Of a DNA stretch of 64,000 nucleotides, positions 60,652 through 64,000 are shown in pieces. Positions within the stretch are counted from its first letter, which is position 1; every line of letters begins with the position of its first letter. The notes under the pieces were generated by a model that had not been told where the DNA came from, did not search any database, and saw only the letters and a list, made by a program, of their open reading frames with translations. A program made the translations under genes and the position numbers. Location: assembly GCA_963821825.1 (NCBI GenBank), contig CAWGFD010000002.1, positions 798,734 to 862,733 of the forward strand, given 5' to 3'. The DNA comes from an uncultured Actinomycetota bacterium (GTDB lineage: Bacteria; Actinomycetota; Actinomycetes; Actinomycetales; Kineosporiaceae).

Positions 60652-61872
60652 TCAGAGCATGCCGGTCTGGCGCCGGATCTCGGCCCGGGCCAGGGCGTTC
60701 TTGTGCACCTCGTCCGGCCCGTCGGCGAACCGCAGCGTGCGGATCCCGGCGAACGCGGCCGCCAGCGGGAAGTCCTGGCTCAGCCCGGCGCCGCCGTGCA
60801 CCTGGATCGCCTTGTCCAGGATCCACTCCACCGTCTGCGGGGTGGCGATCTTGATCGCCTGGATCTCGGTGTGGGCGCCCTTGTTGCCGACCGTGTCCAT
60901 CAGCCAGGCAGTCTTGAGCACCAGCAGCCGCAGCTGCTCGACCTGGACCCGGGCCTGCGCGATCCAGTCCCGGATCACGCCCTGATCGGCGAGCGGCCGG
61001 CCGAACGCGGTGCGCGAGGCCGCCCGACGGCACATCAGCTCGATGGCCAGCTCGGCCAGCCCGATCGAGCGCATGCAGTGATGGATCCGCCCCGGTCCCA
61101 GCCGCGCCTGGGCGATCGCGAAGCCCTCGCCCTCGCCCCCGATCAGGTTCTCGGCCGGCACCCGGACGTCGTCGAGGACCAGCTCGGCGTGCCCGCCGTG
61201 CTCGTGGTCGTCGTAGCCGAAGACCTGCATCCCGCGCAGCACGTGCACCCCGGGGGTGTCCCGCGGAACCAGGATCATGCTCTGCCGGCGGTGCCGGTCG
61301 GCGGCGGGGTCGGTCTGGCCCATCACGATGAAGACCCGGCACTGCGGGTTCATCGCCCCGGTGATCCACCACTTCCGGCCCTGGATCACGTACTCCTCGC
61401 CCTCACGCCGGATCGAGGTGGCGATGTTGGTCGCGTCGGAGGAGGCGACGTCGGGCTCGGTCATCGCGAACGCCGAGCGGATCTGCCCGTCCAGCAACGG
61501 GTCCAGCCAGCGGGCCTTCTGCTCGGGCGTCCCGAACGCGGCCAGCACCTCCATGTTGCCGGTGTCCGGCGCGGCGCAGTTGAACACGGCAGGGGCCAGC
61601 GGGCTGCGGCCCATCACCTCGGCCAGCGGCGCGTACTGCAGGTTGGTCAGCCCGGCCCCGTGCTCACCGGGCAGGAACAGGTTCCACAGCCCGCGCTCCC
61701 GGGCCCGGGACTGCAGGTCCTTCAGCACCGGGACGCTGGACCAGCCCCAGCGGTGCTCCTGCTGGTCCAGCTGTTCGGTGAAGATCGGCTCGGCCGGTGC
61801 CACGTGGTCGGCCAGGAAGGCCACGAGGCGCTCACGCAGGCCCTGCGTGGTGGCGTCGAGGGCGAAGTCCAT
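60652..61872 (-). CDS. Acyl-CoA dehydrogenase, ACAD10/11 (FadE2/LvaC-like) subgroup
   Basis: ATG at 61872 is preceded by GAAGGAGA. MTEPDVASSDATNI, GRKWWITGA and QVHGGAGLSQDFPLA are typical of this ACAD subgroup. Confidence 0.85.
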   Translation of the reverse strand: MDFALDATTQGLRERLVAFLADHVAPAEPIFTEQLDQQEHRWGWSSVPVLKDLQSRARERGLWNLFLPGEHGAGLTNLQYAPLAEVMGRSPLAPAVFNCAAPDTGNMEVLAAFGTPEQKARWLDPLLDGQIRSAFAMTEPDVASSDATNIATSIRREGEEYVIQGRKWWITGAMNPQCRVFIVMGQTDPAADRHRRQSMILVPRDTPGVHVLRGMQVFGYDDHEHGGHAELVLDDVRVPAENLIGGEGEGFAIAQARLGPGRIHHCMRSIGLAELAIELMCRRAASRTAFGRPLADQGVIRDWIAQARVQVEQLRLLVLKTAWLMDTVGNKGAHTEIQAIKIATPQTVEWILDKAIQVHGGAGLSQDFPLAAAFAGIRTLRFADGPDEVHKNALARAEIRRQTGML

Positions 61873-61942
61873 CGGTGGTCTCCTTCGTCGGGTGGCAGTG
61901 CGCTCGTGTGACCGGTGCGCGGCGTGCGCTACAGCGAGGAGG

Positions 61943-62980
61943 TCACGGATCGGCCAGCGCCTGCAGGCCCGCCGCCAGCAGCGGCTGCACCGCGTCGCCG
62001 ACCCGGTCGAAGCCCTCACCGAGGGTCTGGCCGTGGCTGTGCCGGTAGTGGATGCCCTCCAGGACGACGGCCAGCTTGAAGAACCCCAGACCGAGGTAGA
62101 AGCCCATCTGCGACAGGTCCCGTCCGGAGCGCTCGGCGTACCGCTCGAGGACGGCCGCCGCGCCAGGGTAGCCCGGCGCCCGGCTGGCATCGGCGACGAT
62201 CGCTGCCTCGCCCAGGTCCGGGAGTGCGTCATAGACCACCATCAGGGCGACGTCGGTCAATGGGTCGCCCAGGGTGGACATCTCCCAGTCGACCACCGCC
62301 CGGATCTCCTCCCGCTCGTCGACCAGCAGGTTGTCCAGGCGGTAGTCACCGTGCACGACCGAGGTGGCCTGCTGGGCCGGCACCCGGGCGGCCAGCCGTT
62401 CGTGCAGCTCCCGCGCGCCGGCCAGCTCCCGACTGCGTGAACCCTCCAGCTGCCGTCCCCACCGCCGGACCTGGCGCTCCAGGAAGCCCTCGGGCCGCCC
62501 GAAGCCCTGCAGCCCGACCGCCGCGGGGTCGAGGGCGTGCAGCGCCGCGAGCACGTCGACGACCCGTTCACCGAGCTGCGCGGTGCGCTCCGGGCCCAGC
62601 GGGGCGAGCTGGGCAGCGCGCCGGTAGGCCACGCCCGGCACCCGTTCCATCACGTAGAAGGGAGCGCCGATCACGTCGGGATCGGTGCACAGACCGAAGG
62701 TGGCGGGCACCGGGACGGCGGTCGGCGCCAGGGCGGTGATCACCGTGTGCTCGCGGACCATGTCGTGCGCGGTGGCCAGCACGTGGCCCAGCGGTGGCCG
62801 GCGCACCACCCACCAGTGCCGGCCGTCGCTCACCTCGTAGGTCAGGTTGGACTTGCCGCCGGCCAGCAGCCGGGCCCGGACCGGGCCGGCCAACGAGCCG
62901 GCCGCGACGCCCTCGAACCAGCGGGCCCAGGCCGCCAGGTCCAGCCCGGGGACGCCGTCAGTGGCCGGTTGCGCCATCAC
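61943..62980 (-). CDS. Phosphotransferase-family (APH/choline-kinase fold) protein, ACAD10/11 N-domain/LvaA-like
   Basis: Brenner/catalytic loop VVHGDYRLDNLL and DWEMSTLGDP. N-terminal GGKSNLTYEV. The start overlaps the SDR stop. Confidence 0.85.
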   Translation of the reverse strand: MMAQPATDGVPGLDLAAWARWFEGVAAGSLAGPVRARLLAGGKSNLTYEVSDGRHWWVVRRPPLGHVLATAHDMVREHTVITALAPTAVPVPATFGLCTDPDVIGAPFYVMERVPGVAYRRAAQLAPLGPERTAQLGERVVDVLAALHALDPAAVGLQGFGRPEGFLERQVRRWGRQLEGSRSRELAGARELHERLAARVPAQQATSVVHGDYRLDNLLVDEREEIRAVVDWEMSTLGDPLTDVALMVVYDALPDLGEAAIVADASRAPGYPGAAAVLERYAERSGRDLSQMGFYLGLGFFKLAVVLEGIHYRHSHGQTLGEGFDRVGDAVQPLLAAGLQALADP

Positions 62981-63747
62981 ACGCCGCCGGTCAGGGTCAC
63001 CCCGCCGTCCAGCACGACGGTCTGGCCGGTCAGCCAGGACGCGTCCGCGGACAGCAGGAAGGCGACCGCGCCGGCCACGTCCTGGGGCACCCCCAGCCGC
63101 TTCAGCGGGTAGCTGGCGGCGACCTGCTCCTCCCGGCCCTCGTACAGCGCGCTGGCGAAACGGGTCTTGACCACCGCCGGGGCCACCGCGTTCACCCGCA
63201 CGTCCGGCCCCAGCTCGACGGCCAGCTCGGCGGTCAGGTGGATCAGCATCGCTTTGCTGGCGCCGTAGAAGCCGATGCCGGGGGAGGGCTTGAGGCCGGC
63301 CACCGAGGCCACGTTGACCACCGCCCCGCCGTGCTGGCCCATCCAGGCCCGGTGCACGGCCTGGGTCCAGGCCAGCGCGGCCAGGCAGTTCACCTCGACG
63401 ATCTTGCGCGCGGCGTCCAGGTCGAGGTCGATCAACGGGCCGTAGGCGGGGTTGATGCCGGCGTTGTTGACCAGCAGGTCGAGCCGGCCGAACCGGGCCA
63501 TGGCCTGCTGCACGACGTCCGCCCGGTGCTGCGGGTCGTCAGCTCGGCCGGCCACCGCCAGCACGCGCCCCGGGCCGCCCAGGCCGGCCACCGCCTCGGC
63601 CAGCGCGTCGGGCTTGCGGGCGGTGAGCACCACCTCGGCGCCCTCGGCGCACAGCCGCTCGGCGATCCCCAGCCCGATCCCCCGGCTCGCGCCGGTGACC
63701 AGCGCCACCCTCCCCGCGAACCGGCCCTGCTCGCCCGACGCCGTCAT
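62977..63747 (-). CDS. Short-chain dehydrogenase/reductase (FabG-like)
   Basis: VTGASRGIGLG cofactor motif. Catalytic YGASKAM. NNAG motif present. Confidence 0.9.
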   Translation of the reverse strand: MTASGEQGRFAGRVALVTGASRGIGLGIAERLCAEGAEVVLTARKPDALAEAVAGLGGPGRVLAVAGRADDPQHRADVVQQAMARFGRLDLLVNNAGINPAYGPLIDLDLDAARKIVEVNCLAALAWTQAVHRAWMGQHGGAVVNVASVAGLKPSPGIGFYGASKAMLIHLTAELAVELGPDVRVNAVAPAVVKTRFASALYEGREEQVAASYPLKRLGVPQDVAGAVAFLLSADASWLTGQTVVLDGGVTLTGGV

Positions 63748-63849
63748 CGCGCTCCTCTCACCCTCACGTCCAGGTCTGCGCCGGGCCCACGCCCGGGTGG
63801 ACCCCTCCAGCTCGACCAGAGCTCAACCTCACCTACCCGGCCGGAGGCG

Positions 63850-64000
63850 TCAACTCCCGCCGGTGGCCAGCACCCCGGCGAGCACCAGGGCGACGGCGAC
63901 CAGCGTGAGCGGGAACGCGGCCCGCTCACCGAGCGCGGACCGCGGGCCAGGCCGGGCCCGGCCGCCCGGCCTCGCCCCGGTGCCGTCCAGCCCCGGTGCC
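63850..64000 (-). CDS. 3' end of a gene entering from the right edge; C-terminal hydrophobic anchor
   Basis: Minus-strand frame reads ...GARPGGRARPGPRSALGERAAFPLTLVAVALVLAGVLATGGS-stop (TGA at 63852-63850). Only 50 codons are visible. Confidence 0.3.
   Translation of the reverse strand, partial: APGLDGTGARPGGRARPGPRSALGERAAFPLTLVAVALVLAGVLATGGS

Noticed and set aside
63744-63929. 61-aa minus-strand ORF upstream of the SDR gene
   Set aside because: Its translation is Arg/Pro/Trp-rich and shadow-like. A different minus frame (63850-64000) gives a more plausible hydrophobic C-terminal anchor ending at 63850.
1-64000. tRNA, rRNA and tmRNA genes
   Set aside because: I scanned the intergenic regions for T-loop-like GGTTCGAATCC-type motifs and rRNA-like conserved blocks and found none. 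All sizeable gaps are listed above. A tRNAscan or Infernal run would be the definitive check.

Overview
This is very G+C-rich DNA (by eye >70%, not computed) of actinobacterial chromosomal type, and it is almost fully coding. I count about 62 protein-coding genes, one frameshifted pseudogene, several in-frame tandem repeats and a handful of GC-rich stem-loops and palindromes. I recognised no rRNA, tRNA, CRISPR array, transposase, integrase or phage gene. Many of the longest ORFs in the six-frame track are antisense or shadow ORFs typical of high-GC DNA, and I discarded them. Real genes were chosen by recognisable sequence motifs, G/C-rich third codon positions, Shine-Dalgarno (SD) sequences and 4-nt ATGA/GTGA start-stop overlaps. 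Housekeeping anchors are serS, argA, putA, arfB and bpa (GQYL C-terminus). Accessory content includes a GT87 mannosyltransferase-like protein, a lipid kinase, HAD, PAP2 and SRPBCC proteins, four MFS transporters (two with MarR regulators) and a membrane GAF-GGDEF-EAL protein. It also includes a secreted phospholipase A2, an ABC importer operon ending in GDPD and IMPase genes, and a PadR plus MacB/FtsX-type ABC module. The remainder comprises a PucR/ferredoxin-reductase/DesA3-like desaturase set, a GT2-polysaccharide-deacetylase fusion with atypical codon usage, and an SDR/phosphotransferase/acyl-CoA-dehydrogenase trio. Five loci most deserve a second look. (1) A Sec-signal protein made almost only of 11 'GIKWD' nonapeptide modules (96-bp tandem DNA repeat), divergent from a DUF4097-like/DUF2089 pair and next to the c-di-GMP gene. 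(2) A five-gene operon in which every junction is an ATGA overlap: a membrane-anchored Ser/Gly/Thr repeat protein, ApbE, a di-heme ferric-reductase-type membrane protein, a NuoF-like protein and a ferredoxin, with no recognisable FMN-binding target domain. (3) A 34-codon micro-ORF with a consensus SD, coupled by a GTGA overlap to a B12-binding radical SAM enzyme and divergent from a GT4 glycosyltransferase. (4) The Lva/ACAD10-like trio. (5) The atypical-codon GT2-deacetylase locus flanked by long non-coding DNA. All functional calls rest on motif and family recognition by eye; no database search was run.
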